From: Macrostomum lignano
Taxonomy: Eukaryota
Length of the DNA stretch: 64,000 nucleotides
Direction: 5' to 3'
Assembly: GCA_002269645.1 (NCBI GenBank)
Contig: NIVC01001552.1
Span: forward strand, 62,001 to 126,000
Shown: positions 25,935 through 40,681 of the stretch, piece after piece
How the letters are laid out: the number at the start of each line of letters is the position of its first letter
Position numbering within the stretch: the stretch's first letter is position 1
Made by a program: the position numbers and the translations under genes
The notes under the pieces: model-generated
What the model saw: the letters and a program-made list of their open reading frames with translations, nothing else
Database searches by the model: none
Told to the model about the DNA's origin: nothing

Positions 25935-26620
25935 ATTCTGTTTGTGGATCCAGCTGCATTTGTCTGTGGATGTAGCTGATATATGTTTGTGGATCTAGCT
26001 GGTATTTGTTTGTGGATGTAGCTGGTATTTGTTTGTGGATCTAGCTGGTATTTGTTTGTGGATGTAGCTGGTATTTGTTTGTGGATCTAGCTGGTATTTG
26101 TTTGTGGATGTAGCTGGTATTTGTTTGTGGATGTAGCTGATATTTGTTTGTGGATCTAGCTGCATTTGTCTGTGGATGTAGCTGATATTTGTTTGTGGAT
26201 GTAGCTGGTATTTGTTTGTGGATCTAGCTGTATTTGTTTGTGGATCTAGCTGTATTTGTTTGTGGATCTAGCTGATATTTGTTTGTGGATCTAGCTGTAT
26301 TTGTTTGTGGATCTAGCTGTATTTGTTTGTGGATCTAGCTGATATTTGTTTGTGGATCTAGCTGTATTTGGTTGTGGATCTAGCTGGTATTTGTTTGTGG
26401 ATCTAGCTGTATTTGTTTGTGGATCTAGCTGTGTTTGTTTGTGAATCTAGCTGCATTTGTTTGTGGATCTAACTGGTAATTGTTTGTGGATCTAGCTGGT
26501 AATTGTTTGTGGATCTAGCTGCATTTTTTGTGGATCTAGCAGGTAATTGTTTGTGGATCTAGCTGGTAATTGTTTGTGGATCAGCTGCATTTTTTGTGGA
26601 TCTAGCTGCATTTGTTTGTG
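25935..26620. repeat. 24-25-bp minisatellite (TTGTTTGTGGATCTAGCTGGTAT-like)
   Basis: About 28 units. Confidence 0.92.
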
Positions 26621-27225
26621 GAGAATCGCAACTGCAGAAGATAGGGGGGGGGGGGGGAAGAACCCCAGAGAACGGACGCCACAGAAGCAGATAGAGAATT
26701 ATAGATGAAGGGAAAAAACTCCCTCAGACGCAGGGATTCCCATGTCTGTCCGATCCTCTGGATCTTGAATCCCTTTTTGTGTCTCTCATCACCCAAAGCT
26801 TAAGCAGCCAAAATCCCACAGAAGCATTTTGGGATAAATTATTCACAGTTTTAGTCATCAGCATTCTGTGTAGATCCCAGAATTCCTTTCAGGGTGTGTT
26901 TCGCGCAGCTAGATGTGCAGTGACAGTTTAACGGGAAAACATGTCGTAAAATGTGTATGCATATTATATAATTAGTAATCTAATACAGCTTTGCTAACAG
27001 GAAATGTTTGCCATTTATTGACCTGGGCAATTGTTTCAGCCCAGCATCAGCTGTTAAGTCAACTGAATTTCCTACGCAAAAAGGTTTTTAATTATTGATT
27101 GGGAAGGAATTACAGAGGCGTTAATACGATAATTATTGCTGACCGTCAATGGGATGATTTTGTGACAGGAAAACATTAAACACAAGCTGTTGCTGGACTC
27201 GCTGCACTAAATTGTCTGCAAATCT

Positions 27226-28126
<901 letters not shown>

Positions 28127-28514
28127 ACGGTTTTCAGAGGGCCAATTTTGAATTGATGTCGAAATTGATAAACGACCTGAGTATGTGCCTATTCTATTAA
28201 AACCCGTGTATTGCATTTGTGGCCAGCTCAGGAAATTGAATTTTCTGCCCAGGCTGTAGTCTCTGTCACTCCCTCAGGGAGGTTAATTGCTTTTCGGAAT
28301 AGAGCAGCTTTAACACTTCAATGGATGTCTGATGATGGACACTGAGATTAATTGCTAGCGATAAAAAATTGTCTTAAAAATCCTTTTTCACATCTTCTAT
28401 AGGCAGCGGTCAAAACGAAATTTGCCTTAATTAATTATCGGATGCGCCATAAGTCCTTTTCACGATTATTAGATAAAAAAGGGAGGAAAAGCCTTAATAC
28501 GATGTAGCCTCATA

Positions 28515-29600
28515 CAGACTAGATACAGGCTAGATACAGACTAGATACAGGCTAGATACAGACTAGATACAGGCTAGATACAGACTAGATACAGGCTAGA
28601 TACAGGCTAGTTACAGGCTGGATACAGGCTAGTTACAGGCTAGATACAGGCTAGATACAGGCTAGATACAGGCTAGATACAGACTAGATACAGGCTGGAT
28701 ACAGGCTTGATACAGGCTAGATACAGGCTGGATACAGGCTAGATACAGGCTGGATACAGGCTAGATACAGGCTAGATACAGGCTAGTTACAGGCTAGATA
28801 CAGACTAGATACAGGCTGGATACAGGCTTGATACAGGCTAGATACAGACTAGATACAGGCTGGATACAGGCTAGTTACAGGCTGGATACAGGCTAGTTAC
28901 AGGCTAGATACAGGCTAGATACAGGCTAGATACAAGCTAGATACAGGCTAGATACAGGCTAGATACAGACTAGATACAGGCTGGATACAGGCTTGATACA
29001 GGCTGGATACAGGCTTGATACAGGCTAGATACAGACTAGATACAGGCTAGATACAGGCTAGATACAGGCTAGATACAGGCTAGATACAGGCTAGATACAG
29101 GCTGGATACAGGCTAGATACAGGCTGGATACAGGCTAGATACAGGCTGGATACAGGCTAGATACAGGCTGGATACAGGCTAGATACAGACTAGATACAGG
29201 CTAGATACAGGCTAGATACAGACTAGATACAGGCTGGATACAGGCTTGATACAGGCTAGATACAGACTAGATACAGGCTGGATACAGGCTAGTTACAGGC
29301 TAGATACAGGCTAGTTACAGGCTAGATACAGGCTAGATACAGGCTAGATACAAGCTAGATACAGGCTAGATACAGGCTAGATACAGACTAGATACAGGCT
29401 GGATACAGGCTTGATACAGGCTAGATACAGGCTGGATACAGGCTGGATACAGGCTAGATACAGGCTAGATACAGGCTAGATACAGGCTAGATACAGGCTA
29501 GATACAAGACTAGATACAGGCTGGATACAGGCTAGATACAGGCTAGATACAGGCTGGATACAGGCTAGATACAGGCTAGATACAGGCTAGCTACAGACTG
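28515..29600. repeat. 11-bp minisatellite (CTAGATACAGG)
   Basis: About 98 units. Confidence 0.95.
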
Positions 29601-30166
29601 AAATAGCCGTAAATAAAAGGCCGGACCTATGCGCGGCCCAGTCAGCCGCACCATATGAGTTGAGTTTTGAAAAAAAAGTCAATTAATTCTGGATTCAATG
29701 GAGCGCTCAGGCTGCTCAGACGAAGGCTAGTTGGGAGATGGGGCAAAACTTACCCTATAGCAACAAAGTTCGCGCCACCCAGAGTGAGAGAGAGGGGGAT
29801 AGAAATGGGTTCGTGAGAGTCCTTATAAAATCCCCCCCAGCTGAGCCCTGAGCCCCTTCTTCAGCTGCGCCCCCTCCGTCCACTTCGCTTCGCGCCACTC
29901 TGACCTGGGGATGGAGATCAAGAAGGATATCAGCTCAAATACTGCCTACACCAGATCCTGATTCGCTTCCTCATAGTTGAGTAGAGAAGGCCGAATCGAA
30001 CTCGAATAGCTATAGGGGAGGTGGGAGAAGTGATTTTCAAGTTTCGGAATTAAGCACTTTTTGCCCGGCAGTGGCAGTCTTTCGGGTAGCAACTAGCGCG
30101 TGAATGGACTGCAGAAGTGGCTGCGAAGGGACGTTGAGAGAAAGAAGTGAAAGTGACCGTACTGCG

Positions 30167-30850
30167 AGTTGGTTGCTATGCGAGTTGGTTGCTATGCGAG
30201 TTGGTTGCTATGCGAGTTGGTTGCTATGCGAGTTGGTTGCTATGCGAGTTGGTTGCTATACGAGTTGGTTGCTATGCGAGTTGGTTGCTATGCGAGTTGG
30301 TTGCTATGCGAGTTGGTTGCTATGCGAGTTGGTTGCTACGCGAGTTGGTCGCTACGCTAGTTGGTTGCTATGCGAGTTGGTCGCTACGCTAGTTGGTTGC
30401 TATGCGAGTTGGTTGCTATGCGAGTTGGTCGCTACGCTAGTTGGTTGCTATGCGAGTTGGTCGCTACGCTAGTTGGTTGCTATGCGAGTTGGTTGCTATG
30501 CGAGTTGGTTGCTATGCGAGTTGGTTGCTATGCGAGTTGGTTGCTATGCGAGTTGGTTGCTATGCGAGTTGGTTGCTATGCGAGTTGGTTGCTATGCGAG
30601 TTGGTTGCTATGCGAGTTGGTTGCTATGCGAGTTGGTTGCTATGCGAGTTGGTTGCTATGCTACTTGGTTGCCATGCGATTTGGTTGCGATGCGATTTGG
30701 TTGCTATGCTATTCGGTTGCCATGCCAGTTGGTTGCTATGTGATTTGATTGCTATGTCAACTGGTTGCTATACCAGTTGCTATGGGAGTTGGTTGCTACG
30801 CGTGTTGGTTTCTATGGCCCAGTTAGTTGCTATGCCTATTGGCTGCTGCC
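30167..30850. repeat. 16-bp minisatellite (GCGAGTTGGTTGCTAT)
   Basis: About 40 units, degenerating toward the right. Confidence 0.95.
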
Positions 30851-31645
30851 CGGAGCTGCTCAAAACCAATATTATAAAGTTAGAAACTGCTAATCCTCTC
30901 AAACGGGACATTACAATCTGCAAAAGTATAAAATTGATTGCAAAGCAAATTTACCGAGCACAGAAATTTGTAGTTGAATCCTATATACTAATTTTCCTAG
31001 AAAACCACTCATAACCGCGGAATTCGCCAGCTCCGCGGTTCTGCAAAGATTGGGCAAACTGAGAGAGTGGAAGAGGAATGAAGAGAGAGATGGAGGAGGA
31101 CTCTACTCTGCCAATGGTGCGTTCTTTTAATTCAAGCTGTTTTTTCTCGCATCTTGATCCGTTGCTATGGGCAACGAGTACCAGCCGAAATTTATTTTCT
31201 CACAGAAAAGTAAAGCTGGGTCTAATCTTTCCTGAGTAGGCTCTATACTAATTTGAGACCATGCGGATTAGAAAAGATACACATTTGCAGGAGGGCTGAT
31301 CTCTGGACACAGACATTGTCCAACATCCAGCTCTGACTGGCACTCGCCTGACAGCGGCCCTGACTTTCTAATCGTCAGGCAGGTTACACTTTCTGTGCCT
31401 TGGGAGCTGGTCCTCATTGGTGTCAGCCTCAAAGACAACCCCCACCTGGGCCAATTTTTGTTCACACAATTCAAGCCTCGAATGAATGTGGGATGAGACA
31501 AGAGTCGTGGATCAAAAGTGAATTGACCTGTTTGAAATCAAGCACAGCATTTCTGACCTTCAAAGTTCTAATTTACGGGAAAGTTTAGACTATTTAGCAG
31601 TTTCTGTTATGTATATGGACATCTCGGACCCCGCGGCGGAGCGAT

Positions 31646-31676
<31 letters not shown>

Positions 31677-32784
31677 TTAGTCAGCCAGTTCTAACCAAGT
31701 GATTTTACTGCACAGCTGTTGATGGGGAAGGAAGCTGCGATCTATTTTTAGACGCTCTACTAAGCGAGCATGATAATTGCTAATTTCAGGCTGGTCACTA
31801 TGCCCGCAACTGACTTCGTAGCGCCTGTAATTTACCTGTTAACTAAAGGCAAAGGATACAACACCTGTACTTCCCAGGGCTCTTAATGGTTAATAGCTAC
31901 GGGCAGGTGTAGAGCTGTACTGCAACTGGGGAGTCAATTGCCATCTCTGCCTGTGTCATCCCCCATGCCCCCAGAGAGGTGGGGAGGATTGAAAGGCCTG
32001 CAGCTTTACGGTCTCGTGGAAGACGTTCTACTACTAAAAGGAAGGGAAATGGGAAGAGGGACTGAGGGGAGAAGACGGTGTGGAGGGAAGGAAGACAGAA
32101 GGAGGGTAGAGTGGAGGGGAGCGAAGAGATGGCGATGACAACTGAGACCTTTCGAGCATAGTTCGAAGGGTCTTAAGTCATGCACCTGCATAGGGGGAGG
32201 GGGTGGTAGCTCCCCCCCCCCCACCCTACATGGCCCATCGCATACTCAAAGCTACAGACAAGTGAAATCCGCGGCCATCATTAGGACAGGGAGGCACAGT
32301 ACGCTCGTAATCCAAAACCATTCTGGATGCGGCATCAGTTTTGAGAGCAGTCATTCGTGCTCTTGTAGCATCATCCCAGACCCGGAGACTCACTTTGTCT
32401 CTTTCTCTGTCTAACCTTAACTAAAGCGGAAAATTTTTTAATCCTCATGTACTCTCCTGTGCTTTGAGCAGCTTTTCCTATTCTATATAGAAATTTGTTC
32501 TGTGAATTTATCTTCCATTTATTCGAGACGATATTTCTCTTAACGAAAATTTCTCTTTCTCTTAAATCTTGCTTTCTGCTTAGGTCCATTGTGACATGGA
32601 AGCATGCCAATCTCCTGCATTCCTCAGAGCCATTGTTTACCCATGTCAGTCAAATGGCATTCAAAATCAGTCCGTTATAAAAGCCGAAGCTGCACTGCGC
32701 TGATTGGGTTCAATTGAAAGGTGACAGCCAGTCTTAAAGTACTCAATGCTATGCTCCATTGAGGATTCTACCCGATGCGGGAAT

Positions 32785-33925
32785 ACAATGGATTGCTAAT
32801 CTATCAAATGAATTTGTAATCTATGAAATTAATTGCTAATCTATGTAATGGATTGCTTATCTATGCAATGGATTGCTAATCTATGCAATGGATTGCTAAT
32901 CTATGCAATGGATTTCTAATCTATGCAATGGATTGCTAATCTATGTAATGGATTGCTAGTCTGTGCAATGGAAGGCTAATATATGCAGTGGATTGCTAAT
33001 CTATGCAATGGATTGCTAATCTATGCAATGGATTGCTAATCTATGCAATGGATTGCTAATCTATGCAATGGATTGCTAATCTATGCAATGGATTGCTAGT
33101 CTGTGCAATGGAAGGCTAATATATGCAGTGGATTGCTAATCTATGCAATGGATTGCTAATCTATGCAATGGATTGCTAATCTATGCAATGGATTGCTAAT
33201 CTATGAAATGAATTGCTAATCTTAAGGTTGGATTGCTTATCTATGTAATGGATTGCTAATCTATGCAATGGATTGCTAATCTATGCAATGGATTGCTAAT
33301 CTATGCAATGGACTGTTAATCTATGCAATGGATTGCTAGTCTGTACAATGGAAGGCTAATATATGCAGTGGATTGCTAATCTATACCATGAATAGCTAAT
33401 CTATAGACTAGATTGCTTATCTATAGAATGGATTGCTAATCTATAGACTGGATTGCTAATCTATAGAATGGATTGCTAATCTATAGAATGGATTGCTAAT
33501 CTATAGACTGGATTGCTAATCTATACACTGGATTGCTAATCTATACGCTGGATTGCTAATCTATAGAATGGATTGCTAATCTATGCAATGGATTGCTAAT
33601 CTATGCAATGGATTGCTAATCTATGCAATGGATTGCTAATCTATGAAATGAATTGCTAATCTTAAGGTTGGATTGCTAATCTATGCAATGGATTGCTAAT
33701 CTATGCAATGGATTGCTAATCTATGCAATGAATTGCTAATCTTAAGGTTGGATTGCTAATCTATGCAATGAATTGCTAATCTTAAGGTTGGATTGCTAAT
33801 CTATGCAATGGATTGCTTATCTATGTAATGGATTGCTTATCTATAGACTGGATTGCTAATCTGTAGACTGGATTGCTAATCTATAGAATGGATTGCTAAT
33901 CTATAGAATGGATTGCTAATCTATA
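32785..33925. repeat. 20-bp minisatellite (GGATTGCTAATCTATGCAAT)
   Basis: About 57 units. Confidence 0.95.
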
Positions 33926-34317
33926 AGCAGCCCGAGTAGGTCTTGTCAAAGTTATGCGAAGCGTTAACCTCAATCTTAAAGGTTTTCAAGACCTGATCTA
34001 AAAGTATTTCGAGCTTCTTATCAAGATGAAAGACACGAAAGCTGGTACAAGATCAAATTCATAGGATTTCACTGCTAAAATAAAGCAAAATTCATTAGGG
34101 CCATTTCGAGTTGTCATCAGCTAAAATCTTTGACTTAAAGTCATTAAGAGGCTTTTCTATAACTTGACCGCGACATGGGGGGTGTTCAGTTTTTGTGCGA
34201 CTTTGTTTTGACAACCGAATAGCTGCAGTTTGCCACTTTCTGTTCTGCCTCTTTAAATCGCCGTCTTCACTTTTGCCTCAACACAACATAACCTCAACAT
34301 TCTTCGGCTTTTTCGTG

Positions 34318-35005
34318 GCATGAGAGGCGTTGAATTGGGTGTGAGAGGCGCCATATTGGGTGTGAGAGGCGCCATATTGGGTGTGAGATGCGCCATATTG
34401 GGTGTGAGAGGTGTTGAAATGGGTGTGAGAGGCGTTGAATTGGGTGTGAGAGGCGCCATATTGGGAGCGAGAGGCGCCATATTGGGAGTGAGAGGCGCCA
34501 TATTGGGAGTGAGAGGCGCCACATTGGGAGTGAGAGGCGCCATATTGGGAGTGAGAGGCGCCATATTGGGAGTGAGAGGCGCCATATTGGGAGTGAGAGG
34601 CGCCACATTGGGAGTGAGAGGCGCCATATTGGGAGTGAGAGGCGTTATATTGGGAGTGAGAGGCGCCATATTGGGAGTGAGAGGCGCCACTTTGGGAGTG
34701 AGAGGCGCCATATTGGGTGTGAGATGCGCCATATTGGGAGTGAGAGGCGCCATATTGGGAGTGAGAGGCGCCATATTGTGTGTGAGAGGCGCCATATTGG
34801 GTGTGAGAGGCGCCATATTGGGTGTGAGCTGCGCCAAATTGGGTGTGAGAGGCGCCAAATTGGGTGTGAGAGGCGCCATATTGGGAGTGAGAGGCGCCAC
34901 TTTGGGAGTGAGAGGCGCCATATTGGGTGTGAGATGCGCCATATTGGGAGTGAGAGGCGCCAAATTGGGTGTGAGAGGCGCCAAATTGGGTGTGAGAGGC
35001 GCCAA
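34318..35005. repeat. 21-bp minisatellite (TGGGAGTGAGAGGCGCCATAT)
   Basis: About 33 units just inside Shaw intron 1. It makes the ORF caller extend exon 1 with (LTPNMAP)n. Confidence 0.95.
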
Positions 35006-35041
35006 CAAGGAAGTGAAATTGTCTAACCAAAGAAAACTCGC

Positions 35042-35323
35042 CTGGTTGCTATCCAGTCCCCAAAATTCGAGTTCCTCTTCGAACAGCGGGCCGCAGACAT
35101 CCGTAGGGTAGTGCAGCTTCCCGGAGCGGTAATAGTTGAGTATCTGGGCGAACACTCCGGGATGTCGGTCGAAAAAATATTCGTTCAGTATTGGATCGTA
35201 GTTAGCCAGAGCCTCGGTCAGCCGCGACAGCCTGGTTGCTGGGATCTTTTTCAGCGTCGCTTTGTAGGTCTCATGCCGGATGCCGCCGACATTCAGGATA
35301 ACTCTGTTGTCAGCGTCTGCCAT
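35042..35323 (-). CDS. Shaw: Shaw/Kv3 channel exon 1: T1 (BTB/POZ) tetramerisation domain, 94 codons
   Basis: [35 protein letters not shown]...[47 protein letters not shown] is a Shaw T1 sequence. Ends at CAG|GCGAGT and joins VEPCCW in phase 0. Confidence 0.95.
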
Positions 35324-35867
35324 CTCAGTTGGCAGCTAGAGTCCCATGTTTTTGTACAGAAAAAATGACTATTTTATTAAAAGAAATTTAAAAAAAGAGA
35401 ATTAAATCTGCAGCTACCGTACCCTCGTCAACGACACGAATTTCTGTCTCTGTCGACTGGCGTCGCTTCCCGCATCCTCTCCTCACAGTTAAGGGAGGCT
35501 GGGGAGTATGGGGGTTGATGCAGCTTCATCTGCCCGACGGGATTTGCTGGGGAGAGAGGGAGGGAGCAGTGGAGGGGGGAGAGGCAGAGAGACGAGGCAG
35601 CTTCAGCCAGATGTGAATTGTCAAGCGATAGGAAATTGGCGGGTTGCTAAATTCGCTATAGCAACTATACTGGTAGAATGAGGTCTTCAACCATTGTTGA
35701 TGGCTGCTCTGAGTGCTTTGTAATTGGCCAAGCTGGATTAGCTGTTGTTTTACTGCGTACTGAAACAGATGAGAAATTTCTGGTAGCTAAGAGGTAATTA
35801 GTCACTAACGAGAGAAGAGCATGGGGTTATCGTCTGGTTACCGGTGGATGCAAGTAACTCGGAAAAT

Positions 35868-37090
35868 ATCTTGGTTGACAGCTGGGTAGATAGTTCGGTA
35901 GATATCTCGGTAGATAGCTCGGTAGATATCTCGGTAGATAGCTCGGTAGTTAGTTTGGTAGACAGATCGGTAGATAGTTTGGTAGGTAGTTCGGTAGATA
36001 TCTTGGTAGATATCTCGGTAGATAGCTCGGTAGTTAGTTTGGTAGACAGATCGGTAGATAGTTTGGTAGGTAGTTCGGTAGATATCTTGGTAGATATCTC
36101 GGTAGATAGCTCGGTAGTTAGTTTGGTAGACAGATCGGTAGATAGTTTGGTAGGTAGTTCGGTAGATATCTTGGTAGATATCTCGGTAGATAGCTCGGTA
36201 GTTAGTTTGGTAGACAGATCGGTAGATAGTTTGGTAGGTAGTTCGGTAGATATCTTGGTAGATATCTCGGTAGATAGCTCGGTAGTTAGTTTGGTAGACA
36301 GATCGGTAGATAGTTCGGTAGATAGTTCGGTAGGTAGTTTGGTAGGTAGTTTGGTAGATATCTTGGTAGCTATCTCGGTAGATAGTTCGTTAGGTAGTTT
36401 GGTAGATATCTTGGTAGCTATCTCGGTAGATAGTTCGGTAGGTAGTTTGGTAAATAGTTCGGTAGGTAGTTCGGTAGGTAGTTTGGTAGATATCTTGGTA
36501 GCTATCTCGGTAGATAGTTCGGTAGGTAGTTTGGTAAATAGTTCGGTAGGTAGTTCGGTAGGTAGTTTGGTAGATATCTTGGTAGCTATCTCGGTAGATA
36601 GTTCGTTAGGTAGTTTGGTAGATATCTTGGTAGCTATCTCGGTAGATAGTTCGATAGGTAGTTTGGTAAATAGTTCGGTAGGTAGTTCGGTAGGTAGTTT
36701 GGTAGATATCTTGGTAGCTATCTCGGTAGATAGTTCGATAGGTAGTTTGGTAAATAGTTCGGTAGGTAGTTCGGTAGGTAGTTTGGTAGATATCTTGGTA
36801 GCTATCTCGGTAGATAGTTCGGTAGATATCTTGGTAGCTATCTCGGTAGATAGTTCGTTAGGTAGTTTGGTAGATATCTTGGTAGCTATCTCGGTAGATA
36901 GTTCGATAGGTAGTTTGGTAAATAGTTCGGTAGGTAGTTCGGTAGGTAGTTTGGTAGAAATCTTGGTAGCTATCTCGGTAGATAGTTCGGTAGGTAGTTT
37001 AGTAGATAGCTCGGTAGGTGGTTTGGTAGATAACTCGGTAAGTAGTTTGGTGGATGTGGTGGATAGTTGTGGTGGATAGTTGTGGTGGAT
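35868..37090. repeat. 12-bp-monomer minisatellite with 84-bp higher-order repeats
   Basis: TCGGTAGATAGT-type monomers grouped as 7-mers. The translation shows two successive 28-aa periodicities. Confidence 0.9.
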
Positions 37091-37642
37091 AGTTGAGTAA
37101 ATTGTGAATCTCGCAGACAGCGGAGCAGACTGACGGGTAGATACTGGGGTAGGTTGGCAGCCCCATAGAGTGCAGACCTGCACAGACCTAGTCAGATTAT
37201 TAATAAATATTTAGTATTCATAGAGCACACCAAGGAGATCCATACTTCATATCTTTAATCATAGTTTTATCAGTCGGATGGACGGTCGAAAATTGCAAAA
37301 ATAACTCCAAGGCGGAGAGCATAGCAACAGAGAAGTTCGCCATTTCGCCTCCCTGCTGAGCAGCTAGGGAAGAATTTCCCCTAGGGATAAAAGAACTCAC
37401 AGTACTGCAAGCTGCTGGTTGCCTATTGATGAAGTAAAATGCATCGCTTAGAACCACCTTATCCCCTGTGTTCGAAGCCTAATCTTCTTTGAGGCTTGTT
37501 GTGCTGAGACTTTCTAGATTAAACTTTTTAGATTAAAACCGTGCGACCCGTTAGTGCAGGGCTGCTTGGGTTTGTAGCGCAAATTTATGTAACACTTTGC
37601 CCTCTGTCCATCTCTGTTTAGTTGTTCCTCTGTGCTTTAATG

Positions 37643-37875
37643 ACTCTCTCTCTTCATGGTCTCCCTCTCTCCCTCTCCCTCACTTCTCTCTCCCTCTCTC
37701 CCTTCCCCTCTCTCCCTCTCCCTCCCTTCTCTCTCCCTCTCTCCCTTCCCCTCTCTCCCTCTCCCTCCCTTCTCTCTCCCTCTCTCCCTTCCCCTCTCTC
37801 ACTCTCTCCCCCTCTCCCTCTCTCCCCTCTCCCTCTCTCCCTTCCCCTCTCTCCCTCTCCCCCTCTCCCCTTCTC
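37643..37875. repeat. Pure polypyrimidine (C/T) tract with internal repeats
   Basis: About 230 bp of CTCTCC/CCCTT repeats. Confidence 0.9.
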
Positions 37876-38324
37876 TGCTTGTAAAACAGCTTTAAAGAAA
37901 TGTCGGGCTAGGAATAAATTTGAGCAGAGTAGGCAGTAGAGAGTTGAGCTCGAGCCCGATGGGACAGATGGGGTGCTCTGAAGTGCGGGGGTGGCCTTCT
38001 AATCCGCATCCTGAACCAGGAATTTTTCCCAGTGTGAGCACATCCGTGAGATCGATTTTGGTTAATAGGTTCACCTTTTTCCTCCCGCGGCAGTCTCAAT
38101 TCCGTTTGCCGGGGTTCTCGTTCTAGTCGAAGCTGACAAGACACAAAGGCTAGGCAGAAAGGTTAACGAGATGCTCAATTAATTTTTAATGAAATTAATT
38201 CTAGTCACGTTAGATAAGAAGGAATTTGGAGTTTATAAGTTGCAACGGTAAAAAAACCCGCATAGTCTCGGTTTGAACTCATAGTTGGGGTTAAGTACTA
38301 TACATAGTAGCAGATATAAGCGCA

Positions 38325-38860
38325 TAGCAATGGTTAGAAACAGTCTAGCAACGGTTAGAAATCGTGTATAGCAACGGTAAGAAACCGCATAGGAACAGTA
38401 AGAAACCGCATAGCAACAGTAAGAAACCGCATAGCAACAGTAAGAAACCATAGAACAACGGTAAGAAACCGTATAGCAGCGGTAAGAAACCGCATAGGAA
38501 CAGTAAGAAACCGCATAGCAACAGTAAGAAACCATATAGCAACGGTAAGAAACCGCATAGCAACAGTAAGAAACCGCATAGCAACAGTAAGAAACCACAG
38601 AACAACGGTAAGAAACCATATAGCAGCGGTAAGAAACCGCATAGCAACAGTAAGAAACCGCATAGCAACAGTAAGAAACTGTATAGCAACAGTAAGAAAC
38701 CGCATAGCAACGATAAGAAACCGCATAGCAACAGTAAGAAACCATATAGCAACGGTAATAAACCGCATAGCAACAGTAAGAAACCATATAGCAACAGTAA
38801 GAAACCATATAGCAACAGTAAGAAACCATATAGCAACGGTAATAAACCGCATGGCAACGA
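38325..38860. repeat. 21-bp minisatellite (GCAACAGTAAGAAACCGCATA)
   Basis: About 25 units. Confidence 0.93.
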
Positions 38861-39314
38861 TTAGAAATGCAACAAAAGGACATGAGGCAGCAAAAATATT
38901 CAAATATTCAAATATATTGCAGAAGGCGCGGCTATTTCCAATCAGCTCAACAGGTAAGACGGAAAAGCTTTTCAGAAAGATGATGAAAGGAAAGGAAATC
39001 TCTTTCGACTCAATTTCTTGTCAGAAAATAATTTGGCTAATTGCAAATTGCGGAAAAACTGGCCTCTCTATAGAACTGAAAGAGAAAAATGTGAGTCAGC
39101 ATTTCAGCTACTCCTTGATACTAATGCCCCCGACTTAGCTTATAAAACTAATTCTTCACACCTCAAATAGGATTTTCTATCTCTTTTTGTAGGGATTTTA
39201 TGCCAAGCGCATAGAGCTGATAGAGGTGAAATTTCCAATCGAATCAATAAAATTATTAAATAATAATTGTCTGCATAGTTTAGCCATTTCTGTCAAACTT
39301 TCTTTCAGAGAAGG

Positions 39315-40320
39315 CGTCAGTAAATTTAGTGTCAGAAATGGTGTCATCAAATTTAGTGTCAGAAATAGTGTCATCAAATTTAGTGTCAGAAATAGTGTCA
39401 TCAAATTTAGTGTCAGAGATTGTGTCAAAAAAATGTAGTGTCAGAGAAAATCGTCAGTAAATTTAGTGTCAGAGAAACCGTCATCAAATTTAGTGTCAGA
39501 AAACCGTCATCATATTTAGTGTCAGAGAAAATCGTCAGTAAATTTAGTGTCAGAGAAACCGTCATCAAATTTAGTGTCAGAGAAAATCGTCATCAAATTT
39601 AGTGTCAGAGAAAATCGTCATCAAATTTAGTGTCAGAGAAATCGTCATCAAATTTAGTGTCAGAGAAAATCGTCATCAAATTTAGTGTCAGAGAAAATCG
39701 TCATCAAATTTAGTGTCAGAGAAATCGTCATCAAATTTAGTGTCAGAGATTGTGTCAAAAAAATTTAGTGTCAGAGAAAATCGTCAGTAAGTTTAGTGTC
39801 AGTGAAAATCGTCAGTAAGTTTAGTGTCAAAGAAAATCGTCAGTAAGTTTAGTGTCAGAGAAAATCGTCAGTAAGTTTAGTGTCAAAGAAAATCGTCAGT
39901 AAGTTTAGTGTCAGAGAAAATCGTCAGTAAGTTTAGTGTCAGTGAAAATCGTCAGTAAGTTTAGTGTCAGAGAAAATCGTCAGTAAGTTTAGTGTCAGTG
40001 AAAATCGTCAGTAAGTTTAGTGTCAGTGAAAATCGTCAGTAAGTTTAGTGTCAGAGAAAATCGTCAGTAAGTTTAGTGTCAGTGAAAATCGTCAGTAAGT
40101 TTAGTGTCAGAGAAAATCGTCAGTAAGTTTAGTGTCAGTGAAAATCGTCAGTAAGTTTAGTGTCAGTGAAAATCGTCAGTAAGTTTAGTGTCAGAAAAAC
40201 CGTCATCAAATTTAGTGTCGGAGAAACCGTCATCAAATTTAGTGTCAGAGATTGCCTCATTAAATTTTAGTGTCAGAGTGGGCCTAAGTAAATTTAGTGT
40301 CAGACAAGGTGTCAATTTAG
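39315..40320. repeat. 27-28-bp minisatellite (TTTAGTGTCAGAGAAAATCGTCAKYAAR)
   Basis: About 36 units. Confidence 0.93.
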
Positions 40321-40681
40321 CGTAACAAAATAACAGAGAAGGTTATATTAATGTTCTTGAAAATCCACTTAAACGATGGTTTCCTGTTGTTATTCTTAAT
40401 CCCTTTTGCAGCCGGCAACCCAGCTAATCATAGCCAAGTCCCAGCTGAGGAGCCAGAGCATAAGAGCTCTTCTCCAGATGGTTTTGCTCCGGCGCTTCCT
40501 TATGAACTCTGAGGCACTGGCTGAGCCCGGCCGGAAATAGAATGAGGAGACTGTGGCACAATGAGGGCCGGGGCTTTGACTCGTTGGGGATTATTATCAG
40601 GCTTGGAGGCCCGGGCCAGGGAGACTTAAGAGCGATTGTCTGGATTGCCTATACATTTTAGCGAACTCTCATTATTAAGGC

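Noticed and set aside
34253-35041. Repeat extension (LTPNMAP)n of the Shaw N-terminal ORF
   Set aside because: Intronic read-through past the GC donor. The conserved protein continues at 24760.
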